Positions 41,011-49,812 of a stretch of DNA of 64,000 bases are shown piece after piece. The position numbers and the translations under genes were made by a program. Where the stretch lies: contig CATLDI010000001.1 of NCBI GenBank assembly GCA_949902805.1, positions 1,369 through 65,368 on the forward strand. Direction: 5' to 3'. The notes below the pieces were generated by a model, which made no database searches, was not told the DNA's origin, and saw only the letters and a program-made list of their open reading frames with translations. Each line of letters starts with the position of its first letter. Positions within the stretch are counted from its first letter, which is position 1. Origin of the DNA: an uncultured Clostridiaceae bacterium. Its GTDB lineage: Bacteria > Bacillota > Clostridia > TANB77 > CAG-508.

Positions 41011-42171
41011 TTATAATATATTTTGTGCAAGTTCTTTCATTTGCTCTTCGTTTTCTTGGCTCATTGTTGTTTTTATATGAACTATTGGCTCTATTATTGT
41101 TATATCTTTCATTTGCTCTAATAGTTCTTTCATATTTTTGGCAGCAGCTGGTGCCCATGAGCCGTTTTCTATAATTGCTACTGTTCTATTTTGATAGTTC
41201 TTATGTTTTAAATGTCTTAGGAATTTTTCCATGTATGGGAACAAGCCTGCGTCATATGTTGGACATGCTAGTATCATTTTGTCGTATCTGAAAGCGTCTT
41301 CTATTACTTCTGCCATGTCTTCTCTTGCTAAGTCTGATGTTATTACCTTCTTGGCTCCCGCTTCTATTAAAATTTCTTCTAGCCTTTCTACTGCTTTTTT
41401 TGTATTTCCATGTATTGAGTTATATGCTATTAATATTCCTTCATCTTCTGGTTTATAACTACTCCATATATCATATTTATTAATATAGTAGCTTAGGTTT
41501 TCTTTTAGTATTGGTCCATGTAGTGGGCATATTGTTTGTATTTCTAAATTTGCTAGCTTTTTTAGTAATGCTTGTACTTGCATGCCATATTTTCCTACTA
41601 TGTTAAAGTAGTATCTTCTCGCTTCACATGTCCAGTCTTCTTTTACATCTAGGCTTCCAAATTTTCCGAAGGCATCGGCTGTAAATAGTATTTTTTCTGT
41701 TTCTTCATATGTTACTATTACTTCTGGCCAGTGTACCATTGGTGCCATATAGAATTTTAGAGTGTGTTTCCCTATGTTTAGCGTATCTCCTTCTTTTACT
41801 ATAACTTGCCTATCACTTAAGTCTATTTCGAAAAATTGTGGTAGCATTTTGAAGGTTAATGCATTTCCTACTATTTTCATATTTGGATATTTTTCTGCTA
41901 ATCTCTTTATGCTTGATGAATGGTCTGGCTCTAGGTGTGATACTACTAAGTAATCTATTTGTTTGCCATTTAGTTCTTTTTCTAGGTTGTTCCACCATTC
42001 TTCTTGCTTTCTTTTATCTATAGTGTCCATAACTACTATTTTTTCATCTTTTATTATATATGAGTTGTATGATATTCCATTTGGTATTATATATTGACTT
42101 TCGAATAAGTCTAAGTCTTTATCATTTACACCAATGTATTTTATGGAATCTGTTACTTTGTGTTTTTCCAT
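41011..42171 (-). CDS. flavodiiron protein (FprA-type O2/NO reductase: metallo-beta-lactamase-like + flavodoxin-like domains)
   Basis: 386 aa; HLEPDHS di-iron motif, C-terminal flavodoxin fold. Confidence 0.8.
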   Translation of the reverse strand: MEKHKVTDSIKYIGVNDKDLDLFESQYIIPNGISYNSYIIKDEKIVVMDTIDKRKQEEWWNNLEKELNGKQIDYLVVSHLEPDHSSSIKRLAEKYPNMKIVGNALTFKMLPQFFEIDLSDRQVIVKEGDTLNIGKHTLKFYMAPMVHWPEVIVTYEETEKILFTADAFGKFGSLDVKEDWTCEARRYYFNIVGKYGMQVQALLKKLANLEIQTICPLHGPILKENLSYYINKYDIWSSYKPEDEGILIAYNSIHGNTKKAVERLEEILIEAGAKKVITSDLAREDMAEVIEDAFRYDKMILACPTYDAGLFPYMEKFLRHLKHKNYQNRTVAIIENGSWAPAAAKNMKELLEQMKDITIIEPIVHIKTTMSQENEEQMKELAQNIL

Positions 42172-42260
42172 TCTTTGCCTCCATTTTTCTTTGTTAGTTA
42201 TATCTTATATTGTTATTATTATCAATATAAAGCTATGCATACTTACTTTTTATTTATATA

Positions 42261-42446
42261 TTATAATACTAACGCTTTCTTTGGGCAGAAATTTGAGCAT
42301 TTGCCACATTTTATACATTTGTTATGGTCTATTTCAGGTGCTTCAAAGTCTTTTTGTGTTAATGCACCTACTGGGCAAACTTGTACTGCTGGACATTTAT
42401 GATTTTGTGGGCAGTTTTCTACTATTATTTTTAATCTTTTTTCCAT
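42261..42446 (-). CDS. 2[4Fe-4S] ferredoxin
   Basis: two CxxCxxCxxxCP clusters in 61 aa. Confidence 0.7.
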   Translation of the reverse strand: MEKRLKIIVENCPQNHKCPAVQVCPVGALTQKDFEAPEIDHNKCIKCGKCSNFCPKKALVL

Positions 42447-42526
42447 ATATTTTTTCTCCTATATATTACTATTTTATTTACTTTAATTTATATTTAATTT
42501 CCTTACTAATTATCTTATTACTTTAA

Positions 42527-42575
42527 CATGTTATCATAAAAACAGATAATTAGCAATGCTAACTATCTGTTTTAT
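42527..42575. terminator. terminator hairpin AAACAGATAATTAGCAATGCTAACTATCTGTTT + T-run (repeat copy)
   Basis: near-identical to 46176-46220. Confidence 0.65.
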
Positions 42576-42584
42576 ATATTTTTT

Positions 42585-42850
42585 CTCGCATACCTAAATT
42601 TTCATATTTTTGTATAGTTCCTTCTTTAAAAATTTCCCCTACGAATTGCCATGTGTGCCCATTGTCTTTTGATTCGTATTTTGCCCTTGTTAGTCCATGG
42701 TTGTATCCACCTTCGTATCCTCCTGAGGCTAATACTGTTAGAGTTCCGTCACTTTCTTCGGTTGGTAAGTAGAAATAGTTGTAGGAGTTTTGCCATAAAA
42801 TAAAATTGATTGACTTATAGCCATTATCAGGCTTCCTATAATTTCCATAT
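42585..42850 (-). pseudogene. gene fragment (C-terminal ...TLTVLASGGYEGGYNHGLTRAKYESKDNGHTWQFVGEIFKE), frameshifted
   Basis: paralogous fragment at 44350-44590. Confidence 0.4.
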
Positions 42851-42853
42851 TAC

Positions 42854-43078
42854 TTATTCTCCTTTTCCTTTTTTATAATCTAATATATCTCCTGGTTTGC
42901 ATTCTAAAACTTCGCATATCTTTTCTAATGTTGAAAATCGTACTGCTTTTGCTTTGTTTGTTTTTAGTATTGAAAGATTTGCAGGAGTAATTCCAACTTT
43001 TTCGGCTAGCTCCCCTGATGACATTTTTCTTTTGGCTAGCATTACGTCTATATTAACTATTATTGGCATGCTTTTCAT
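42854..43078 (-). CDS. XRE-family HTH regulator (paralog of 20126-20332)
   Basis: ...MLAKRKMSSGELAEKVGITPANLSILKTNK... Confidence 0.8.
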   Translation of the reverse strand: MKSMPIIVNIDVMLAKRKMSSGELAEKVGITPANLSILKTNKAKAVRFSTLEKICEVLECKPGDILDYKKGKGE

Positions 43079-43088
43079 TCCCCTTATT

Positions 43089-43535
43089 CTATACTGTTAA
43101 ATCATTTTCTTCTTTATATGCACTCGCTTTTTTGTATATTTCGTTTAGTATTTTTATTCCTATTCCTAAAAATATGAATGCTATAGAAAATGTAAGTAAT
43201 AGTATAGTACATAAAAATGTAACTAATATATTATAGGTTACATTTTTTATATAATACATTAAAGTAACCATTATAATAAAATATAATATTCCTATTATAA
43301 TTGATGAAATAGATATTTTGTTTAAGGAATTACTGTTGGTATTACAAAACAGTTTATTTTGCTTTAAATTCTTAAATATTTTAATGAAGTTTGAAATTAT
43401 ATATAGTGCGACTATTCCAGTTAGTACTAATATTCCTAATGTTACTGTAAGTGATATTGGCTGTAATATATTAGTTATATTTTGCCTTGAAAATTCTAAT
43501 ATCGTTACAACTGTAAATATGCCTAAAGATATCAA
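43089..43535 (-). CDS. DUF2975-family membrane protein (paralog of 20345-20875)
   Basis: shared C-terminal GIKILNEIYKKASAYKEENDLTV. Confidence 0.65.
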   Translation of the reverse strand: MISLGIFTVVTILEFSRQNITNILQPISLTVTLGILVLTGIVALYIISNFIKIFKNLKQNKLFCNTNSNSLNKISISSIIIGILYFIIMVTLMYYIKNVTYNILVTFLCTILLLTFSIAFIFLGIGIKILNEIYKKASAYKEENDLTV

Positions 43536-43712
43536 ATCTATTAATGCTATTATAACTAATATTACTTCTAAAGCATGTTCTACTTTGGATGATAAACTTT
43601 TTTTCCCCTAATATTTTCATAGTATTTTCCCCCTTTATTGTGGTTTAGTATATATTGTTTATTTTTGTTCGTCAATACTTTTTTATTGTTTTTCGATATT
43701 TTCAAAATTTTA

Positions 43713-43748
43713 AAAAGAGATTTTAATTATCTTAAAATCTCTTTTTTA
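43713..43748. terminator. bidirectional terminator AAAAGAGATTTTAA..TTAAAATCTCTTTT
   Basis: 12-bp stem flanked by A- and T-runs. Confidence 0.7.
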
Positions 43749-43751
43749 GTC

Positions 43752-43810
43752 CAAGGTCTGTCCCCAGCGTTCCGATTTCGGAACGGAAAGGACCGTCCCT
43801 AGCGTTCCTA
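43752..43810. repeat. GC-rich element GGTCTGTCCCCAGCGTTCCGATTTCGGAACGGAAAGGACCGTCCCTAGCGTTCC (copy A)
   Basis: contains perfect palindrome CGTTCCGA..TCGGAACG and GGACnGTCC half-sites; copies at 44602-44660 and 49756-49812. Confidence 0.7.
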
Positions 43811-43868
43811 ATGTTCTCAATACGCAAATAAAGCGAGGATTGTTCCCCGCCTTATTGTGTAAAGCTAA

Positions 43869-44228
43869 CTACTCAAGTTCTTCTATTATGTATCTTTCAT
43901 ATCTCAGTTCCATATCCATTGCCATATTAAAAATACGTCCTGCTGTTTTAGATTTTCGCCTTTCTTTATAAATTGCTTTTGTTAATGTTTTTAATTCATA
44001 AATATATTTAGTTACATATACTGCAATTTTTATCTTATTATTTGTCGTAGGCCAACCACCAAAAGTTGGTAGTACTAATTTGTTACCTACTACATATATT
44101 TCTGAAAGATATTTTTTTAGATTTTCAATGTCATCATTGGTACCATTGTTCTTAATTTCTTCGTTAAGAATTTCAAGCATTTTTTTGCTCTCATATACCA
44201 AAAGACTAAACATTTCTTCTGCTTTCAT
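43869..44228 (-). CDS. hypothetical protein
   Basis: about 120 aa ORF with GAGGAGG RBS; GC hairpin TCGGAGGGAAATCCTCCG just upstream. Confidence 0.4.
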   Translation of the reverse strand: MKAEEMFSLLVYESKKMLEILNEEIKNNGTNDDIENLKKYLSEIYVVGNKLVLPTFGGWPTTNNKIKIAVYVTKYIYELKTLTKAIYKERRKSKTAGRIFNMAMDMELRYERYIIEELE

Positions 44229-44349
44229 TGTATTTTCCTCCTCTTCATTATGCACGGAGGATTTCCCTCCGATTTTTTTAGTATCTTTGGGAACAAAACT
44301 TTTCTATGAACTAATAATAATATATTTTACATAAAATGTCAAGTATTCT

Positions 44350-44590
44350 TTTCATATCAATTCTTTTCATATCAATTCTTTTCATACTTTCTTCTTTAAA
44401 AATTTCTCCTACAAATTGCCATATATGCCCATTGTCTTTTGTTTCGTATTTTGCTCGTGTCCTCCCACTGTTGTATCCACCTTCATATCCTCCTGAGTCT
44501 AGTACTGTTAGTGTTCTGTCGCTGTTTTTAGTTGGTAAGTAAAAAATAGTCGTAGCAATTTTCCCACTCTTCTCCTGAGTTTGATAGAAT
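44350..44590 (-). pseudogene. gene fragment paralogous to 42585-42850 (...TLTVLDSGGYEGGYNSGRTRAKYETKDNGHIWQFVGEIFKEE)
   Basis: no start; ends in MKRIDMKRID tandem duplication. Confidence 0.4.
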
Positions 44591-44601
44591 CTCTTTTTTA
44601 G

Positions 44602-44660
44602 TCCAAGGTCTGTCCCCAGCGTTCCAATTTCGGAACGGAAAAGACCGTCCCTAGCGTGCC
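44602..44660. repeat. GGACnGTCC-family element (copy B)
   Basis: see 43752-43810. Confidence 0.7.
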
Positions 44661-46138
44661 TTTTCTAAGTTTATTACTTTTGTAGCTACATTTTTTACAA
44701 AAGTTTCGTCATGTTCTACAAATATAATTGTAGGTTTATATTTTAATATTGCTTCTTCTATTTGTATTCTTGTTAAAATGTCTATATAGTTTAGTGGTTC
44801 GTCCCATATATATAGGTTTGCAGGTTCTGAGATGCTTTTTGCTATTAGTACTTTTTTCTTTTGTCCTTCGCTCATTTTTCTTATATCGGTTTCAAATTCT
44901 AAGTTTGAGAAACCCATTTTTGATAGCATTGCTTTAAATATGCTTTCATCTACTTTGTTATTCTTTGCAAATTCTTTTAGCGTGCCTTTTAGGTTTTCTG
45001 TGCTTTGTGATACATATGATATTTTTATATCATTTACTTTTTTTAAGTTTCCTTCATATTTTATTTCATTTTCCATTATTAATTTTAATAAGCTTGATTT
45101 TCCTACTCCATTTTTTCCTGTTATTGCTATTCTATCTTCGTTTTCTATTTCAAATGATACTTTACTAAATATGGCTTTATCATCATATTTTATTTGTAAG
45201 TTGTCTGCTATTATTAGTGGGCTTTTTCTAGTTTCTAATGGTGTTATTTTTAAGCTATCGGCTCTGTCTACATTATGTAATAAGTTAGATTTTTGCTCAA
45301 TTGATTTTTCTATTCTTTTTTCTATTGCTTTAGATTTTTTCATCATTTTTGCTGACTGATGACCTATGTAGCCTCTATCTACAAATTCGCTAGATTTATT
45401 ATTATATTTAGTTTTTTCTATTTTGTCAGACCATTTTACTGTATTTTTTGAGGCTGTTTCTAACCTATTTATATCTTTTATTAATTTTTCGTTTTGAGTT
45501 TTTTCAAAATTATCTTGTGCCTCTTTGTTTTCTTTCCATGATGTAAAGTTTCCTTTTTGTATTTGTATGTTTGTATTATTTATAGAAATAATATGGTCTA
45601 CTACTTTATCTAAAAAGTTCCTATCGTGTGATACTAATATAAAGCCTTTTTTCTTGTTTAAATATTCTACTAAGTTTTCTTTTGTTTCAGTATCTAAATG
45701 ATTTGTAGGTTCATCTATAAGTAAGAAATTATTACCTTTTAAGAATAAACTTATTAAAAGTATTTTTACTTGCTCTCCACCACTTAATATATTGAAATTT
45801 CTATAAAGAATTTCGGCATTTGTGTTTAGCAGATTTAATTCTTTAATAATTTCCCAATCTTCTGCATTTGGCGCAATTTCATGGACGACTTCTATTGCCA
45901 TTTTTTCTTTGTTTTCTATTTCAAAAGGGAAATAATCAAATTCTACATTTTTTGATATCGTTCCTTTATATTCGTATTTGCTTAATAGTAGCTTTAAAAA
46001 GGTAGTTTTGCCTTTGCCATTTCTACCTATTAGACCAAGCTTCCAGTCTGTGTCTATATTAAATGATACATTCTCAAATACATTTTTTATACTTCCTTCA
46101 TATCCGAAAGTTAAATTATTTACATTTATTAAAGACAT
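44651..46138 (-). CDS. ABC-F family ATPase (two ABC domains, no TMD; ribosome-associated/possible antibiotic-resistance type)
   Basis: 495 aa; two Walker A (GRNGKGKTT, GKNGVGKSS) and two signature motifs. Confidence 0.85.
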   Translation of the reverse strand: MSLINVNNLTFGYEGSIKNVFENVSFNIDTDWKLGLIGRNGKGKTTFLKLLLSKYEYKGTISKNVEFDYFPFEIENKEKMAIEVVHEIAPNAEDWEIIKELNLLNTNAEILYRNFNILSGGEQVKILLISLFLKGNNFLLIDEPTNHLDTETKENLVEYLNKKKGFILVSHDRNFLDKVVDHIISINNTNIQIQKGNFTSWKENKEAQDNFEKTQNEKLIKDINRLETASKNTVKWSDKIEKTKYNNKSSEFVDRGYIGHQSAKMMKKSKAIEKRIEKSIEQKSNLLHNVDRADSLKITPLETRKSPLIIADNLQIKYDDKAIFSKVSFEIENEDRIAITGKNGVGKSSLLKLIMENEIKYEGNLKKVNDIKISYVSQSTENLKGTLKEFAKNNKVDESIFKAMLSKMGFSNLEFETDIRKMSEGQKKKVLIAKSISEPANLYIWDEPLNYIDILTRIQIEEAILKYKPTIIFVEHDETFVKNVATKVINLEKAR

Positions 46139-46175
46139 GTTTTTTCTCCTTTAAATTTTATTATAACTCATACTA

Positions 46176-46220
46176 TCATAAAAGCAGATAATTAGCAATG
46201 CTAACTATCTGCTTTGGGAG
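46176..46220. terminator. terminator hairpin AAAGCAGATAATTAGCAATGCTAACTATCTGCTTT (repeat copy)
   Basis: see 42527. Confidence 0.65.
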
Positions 46221-46233
46221 ATGGTTATGTTTT

Positions 46234-46575
46234 TTACTTTATTCTTTTTCTAATATATTCTTCCAATAAATCAACACTTCGTACTACACCTAATTTAGCT
46301 GTATCTATGCATAAATCGTAGTTATCTCTATCACCCCAACTTTGAGTTGTGAAGTGTTTATAGTATTCTGCTCTTTGTTTGTCTACTTGTTTAATTTTGT
46401 TTTTAGCTGTGTTTGCGTCTAAATTTTCAAATTTTATTTTTCTATTTATTTTAAATTCCATATCAGATGAATATATAAATAGTTTTATTACATTTGGCTT
46501 ATCTTTTAATATGTAGTCAGAACATTTAGAAAAAATACCCATATTCACTATTGTTAATAATAAATATGGGTACAT
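46234..46575 (-). pseudogene. C-terminal fragment of a cytidylate-kinase-like protein (paralog of the domain fused to the MATE gene)
   Basis: ...NYDLCIDTAKLGVVRSVDLLEEY matches ...NYDICINTATLGVEKTADLVCEV of 23354-25372. Confidence 0.5.
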
Positions 46576-46601
46576 TCGTTTAATTGTACGAATTTTTAGG
46601 A

Positions 46602-46847
46602 TTAGCCTACAAATTTGAATCCGCTGTTTTCAAATAGCTTTCCGGCAGGAGTTCTATCACATTCGCCATTGTCAAATCTTATGAAATAGACTGCACGCTT
46701 ATGTTCAGGTTCCAAGCCCCAGCCTACAATTTCAGCCACATCTCCACTCCGAAAAGAATTGACGCCGTCATATTTAATTTTTCTTCCGATATAGTCTCTA
46801 CGAACGCCTTCCATTTCAGCTACTGCTTCTCTCATTCCTGTTGTCAT
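46602..46847 (-). CDS. hypothetical small protein in GC-rich (foreign) segment
   Basis: 81 aa; GC about 45%; in-frame CGG at 46749-46751. Confidence 0.4.
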   Translation of the reverse strand: MTTGMREAVAEMEGVRRDYIGRKIKYDGVNSFRSGDVAEIVGWGLEPEHKRAVYFIRFDNGECDRTPAGKLFENSGFKFVG

Positions 46848-46955
46848 ATTTAATCCTCCTATTAATTCTCAATCAATGAGTGATACAACATCATTATATC
46901 ATATTTTACATAATCTGTCAACTTTCTAACGTTGTAATTTTCCTTCATTTTCTAG

Positions 46956-47878
46956 TTAAGAATTTCTTATTTTATAACATACATTCTCTACTTTATACCC
47001 CCTTTCTTTTATTTCTCCCCTCTTTCCATTTTTCGTATTTCTTTCATAAATTATTTTATATTCTGTTTCTTCTCTATTTTGTTCAAACCATTTTGTTATT
47101 CTATTTACTGCTGTTGGTTTATAATATATTTGATAATATTGGTTACCTTTTGAGATATCTGGTACAATTGCTATTTCGTCATCTTCAAAATAATGTTTAT
47201 ATGATATTTTCATACCTAATGTTCTTGCAATTGCTCCTATGAAATTGCTATGAGGTAAATTATTTTCTGAATAAATTTGTAGTTGCTCTGCTATGTCTGA
47301 AGCTAAGCAGTAATCTTTTTGAATTATAACATCTATTTTCTCTTTTATTTTTTTATTTCTTCTTCATTTTCTTTTGATATTTTATTTGCTTCTTCTGATA
47401 AATTTTCTACTAATGTAAGTCTTTTTTCATTTTCTTCTATTTGATTTAGTGCTAAACGCATTACATCAAATATATTTTGAGGTGTTTCTATTATACTCCT
47501 ATATCTTTTTTCTGTTTCTATAAAATACATTCTAATCTTTCTTCCTATTTCATTGTTTTCTATCATGCATAATTCTTTACTTGTATCAATTGTTAAATAA
47601 TACTCTTTCATAGTTTTATTTCCATATTTTTCTGCTTTCGTAATTTTACGAAAGCAAATATAATCAATATTTTCTATAAATTTATATTTTATTAATCTTT
47701 CCTTTATCCAATCTGCAAATTTTGTTTTCGTTTCTTTCCCTCTTAAAGCATAAAATAATTCTCTTGCATTAATCAATTTTTCTCCTTTCTCATTTTCATA
47801 AATATGCACAATTTCTCCTTCAATTAGTTTTAAATCTTCCTCCATACAAAGGTTTTGTAATATAGTCATCTGCACCAT
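46956..47878 (-). pseudogene. phage antirepressor (ORF6N/Bro-N-type N-domain + KilA-C-like C-domain), split by stops/frameshift
   Basis: EIVHIYENEKGEKLINARELFYAL...FADWIKERL (ORF6N); downstream piece ...DYCLASDIAEQLQIYSENNLPHSNFIGAIAR... Confidence 0.45.
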
Positions 47879-48155
47879 TCTCTAAGCCATTTAGTTTATC
47901 ATATATTTCTGATTTCGCTGTTAACATTATAATAGGAGTTTGATTTTTTTCTTTTCTTAATTCTTTTAATATTTCAAACCCATTTTTACTAGTTAGCATA
48001 ACATCTAGTAAAATTAAATCATAAACATTTGTTAAGGCTTTATTTTCTCCTTCTTCTCCATCTGTTTCTATTTATACTGTAAGATTTTCGTTTTTTAATG
48101 TTTCTGCAATTGCATCTGCTAGACTGTATTCATCTTCTATTATTAATATTTTCAT
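47872..48155 (-). pseudogene. OmpR-family response-regulator receiver domain, truncated after DDYITKP and carrying an internal TAA; interrupted by the antirepressor insertion
   Basis: MKILIIEDEYSLADAIAETLKNENLTV*IETDGEEG...LLDVMLTSKNGFEILKELR...IIMLTAKSE...ADDYITKP. Confidence 0.55.
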
Positions 48156-48198
48156 TCTATAACCTTCTTGTTTATTATATGTTTTAAAGATTGAAATT

Positions 48199-48849
48199 TT
48201 ATTGAATAGAATCTTTTATTTTTACACCTAACAAATACATCAAATCTAATGACTGAAATTGATTAATTGTTGCTCCTTTTATATCTTCTATTAATACTGC
48301 TATTCCTTCAATTATGCTATCTGAAAGATCTATTCCTTTTAAGCTAGTTTTAAAGAATTGTGCTCCTGTCAAGTCCGCTTCTTTTAATATTATATTTTTT
48401 ATTTCATTTTCATTAAAACAGCTATTTCTTATCATTGTATTTCTAAATAGAATATTTTTCATGCTTGACATTGATAAATTTGTATAATTCATATTTGTAT
48501 CTATAAAACTTATGTCATATAGTCCACTTTCAATAAAGTTACAACCTGTTAATTTGCAATTGTTAAATTCACATCTTATAAAACTACAATTGTCAAAAGA
48601 AGTGTTTGAAAAATTGCAATTATTAAATTGTATATCTATAAAAGTATTTTTTTCTAAATTACTATTAATAATATCTGTATTGTTTATTATTGCTTTTTTT
48701 ATTGTTATATCAGTAAGTTCTATTTTTTCTTTTTTATAGTCTTCAATAATAATGTTTTCTAATTCATCTTCTTTTTCTATTTCTTCTAATAAATTTTCTA
48801 TTCGAGTTAAGCTTTCAAATAGTAGCTTCTGTGGTTTTAATATGTTCAT
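48199..48849 (-). CDS. pentapeptide-repeat protein
   Basis: tandem A(D/N)LxF pentapeptides (NCNFSNTSFDNCSFIRCEFNNCKLTGCNF). Confidence 0.75.
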   Translation of the reverse strand: MNILKPQKLLFESLTRIENLLEEIEKEDELENIIIEDYKKEKIELTDITIKKAIINNTDIINSNLEKNTFIDIQFNNCNFSNTSFDNCSFIRCEFNNCKLTGCNFIESGLYDISFIDTNMNYTNLSMSSMKNILFRNTMIRNSCFNENEIKNIILKEADLTGAQFFKTSLKGIDLSDSIIEGIAVLIEDIKGATINQFQSLDLMYLLGVKIKDSIQ

Positions 48850-48868
48850 TATTTTTTCAACCTATCTC

Positions 48869-49315
48869 CTAATTTTCCCTTTCTATAGTTTTTACAAATG
48901 CTTTATCTCTATTTTCATCATAACCTAGTCTTCTATATAATTCATGTGCACCTTTTCTATGAAAACCGCTAAATAGCCATATCCTTTTTGTTTCTTCTCT
49001 CAATGCTATTTCTTCTGCTTTATTCATTAATTTGGCTGCTATTCCTAATCTTCTATATTCTTCCTTTACTGCTAAATCCCATATTGTTGCATCTTTTCCT
49101 GATGGTAATGTTAATATATGTATTGTTACTGTGCCTACTAAATTATCTTTTATATAGTACCCTAATATATGAACATCTTTATTTTCTTTTGCTTCTTTAT
49201 AAAAAGTTTTCACTTTTTCATAATCTGTTGTATTATTAAATACCTCTTGTTGTATTTGTTGTAATCTTTCAAGGTCTCTTTCTTCTATTTTATCTACTAT
49301 GTTATCTCTTTCCAT
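48869..49315 (-). CDS. GNAT N-acetyltransferase
   Basis: 148 aa, RRLGIAAKLM acetyl-CoA motif. Confidence 0.75.
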   Translation of the reverse strand: MERDNIVDKIEERDLERLQQIQQEVFNNTTDYEKVKTFYKEAKENKDVHILGYYIKDNLVGTVTIHILTLPSGKDATIWDLAVKEEYRRLGIAAKLMNKAEEIALREETKRIWLFSGFHRKGAHELYRRLGYDENRDKAFVKTIEREN

Positions 49316-49755
49316 ATTTTTTCCTATTCATTTTTTCTTTATATAATTTTTAGTAATAATATCATAACGAACAAAAAAATCATAGACTTATATGGTATAA
49401 AATCTATGATTTTTTGTTTTTTTATAAATCATTTTATTATTATATTGAATTTGTTAGTGTTGTTATAATATTTAAATGTACTGCCATTTCTTCTAATTCT
49501 GAGTTTTGTATTTCGTTTGTACTTTGACTTTTATATTCTTTTTTTATATTGTCTTGTTCTTTCATTTCTTCATATTTTTCCTTTAACTGTTCTATTCTTT
49601 CTCTACTACAATATTCTTCCTTATGCCATTCGTAAACTAGAATACCTCTCCTATAATATTTAACTAATAATACACCTTTCTCTCCTTTTATATAAAAGTT
49701 ATCCCCTGTATTTATCCCAAGGTCTCCTATATTTTCGGCTGTATTGTAAAAATCT

Positions 49756-49812
49756 CTTGTTTTCCAAGGACCGTCCCCAACGTTCCGATTTCGGAACGGA
49801 AAGGTCCGTCCC
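49756..49812. repeat. GGACnGTCC-family element (copy C): GGACCGTCCCCAACGTTCCGATTTCGGAACGGAAAGGTCCGTCCC
   Basis: two GGAC(C/G)GTCC palindromes flanking CGTTCCGA..TCGGAACG. Confidence 0.7.

Noticed and set aside
46956-47213. Standalone 85-aa ORF
   Set aside because: Its frame extends upstream without a start, and it matches the C-terminal half of the adjacent antirepressor. It is treated as part of a disrupted gene.
43752-49812. Possibility that the GGACnGTCC element encodes a conserved peptide (open frame GR(S/T)FPFRN...)
   Set aside because: All copies carry the same in-frame TAG. There is no start codon, and copy A terminates after about 20 codons. The frame conservation is a by-product of copy identity.
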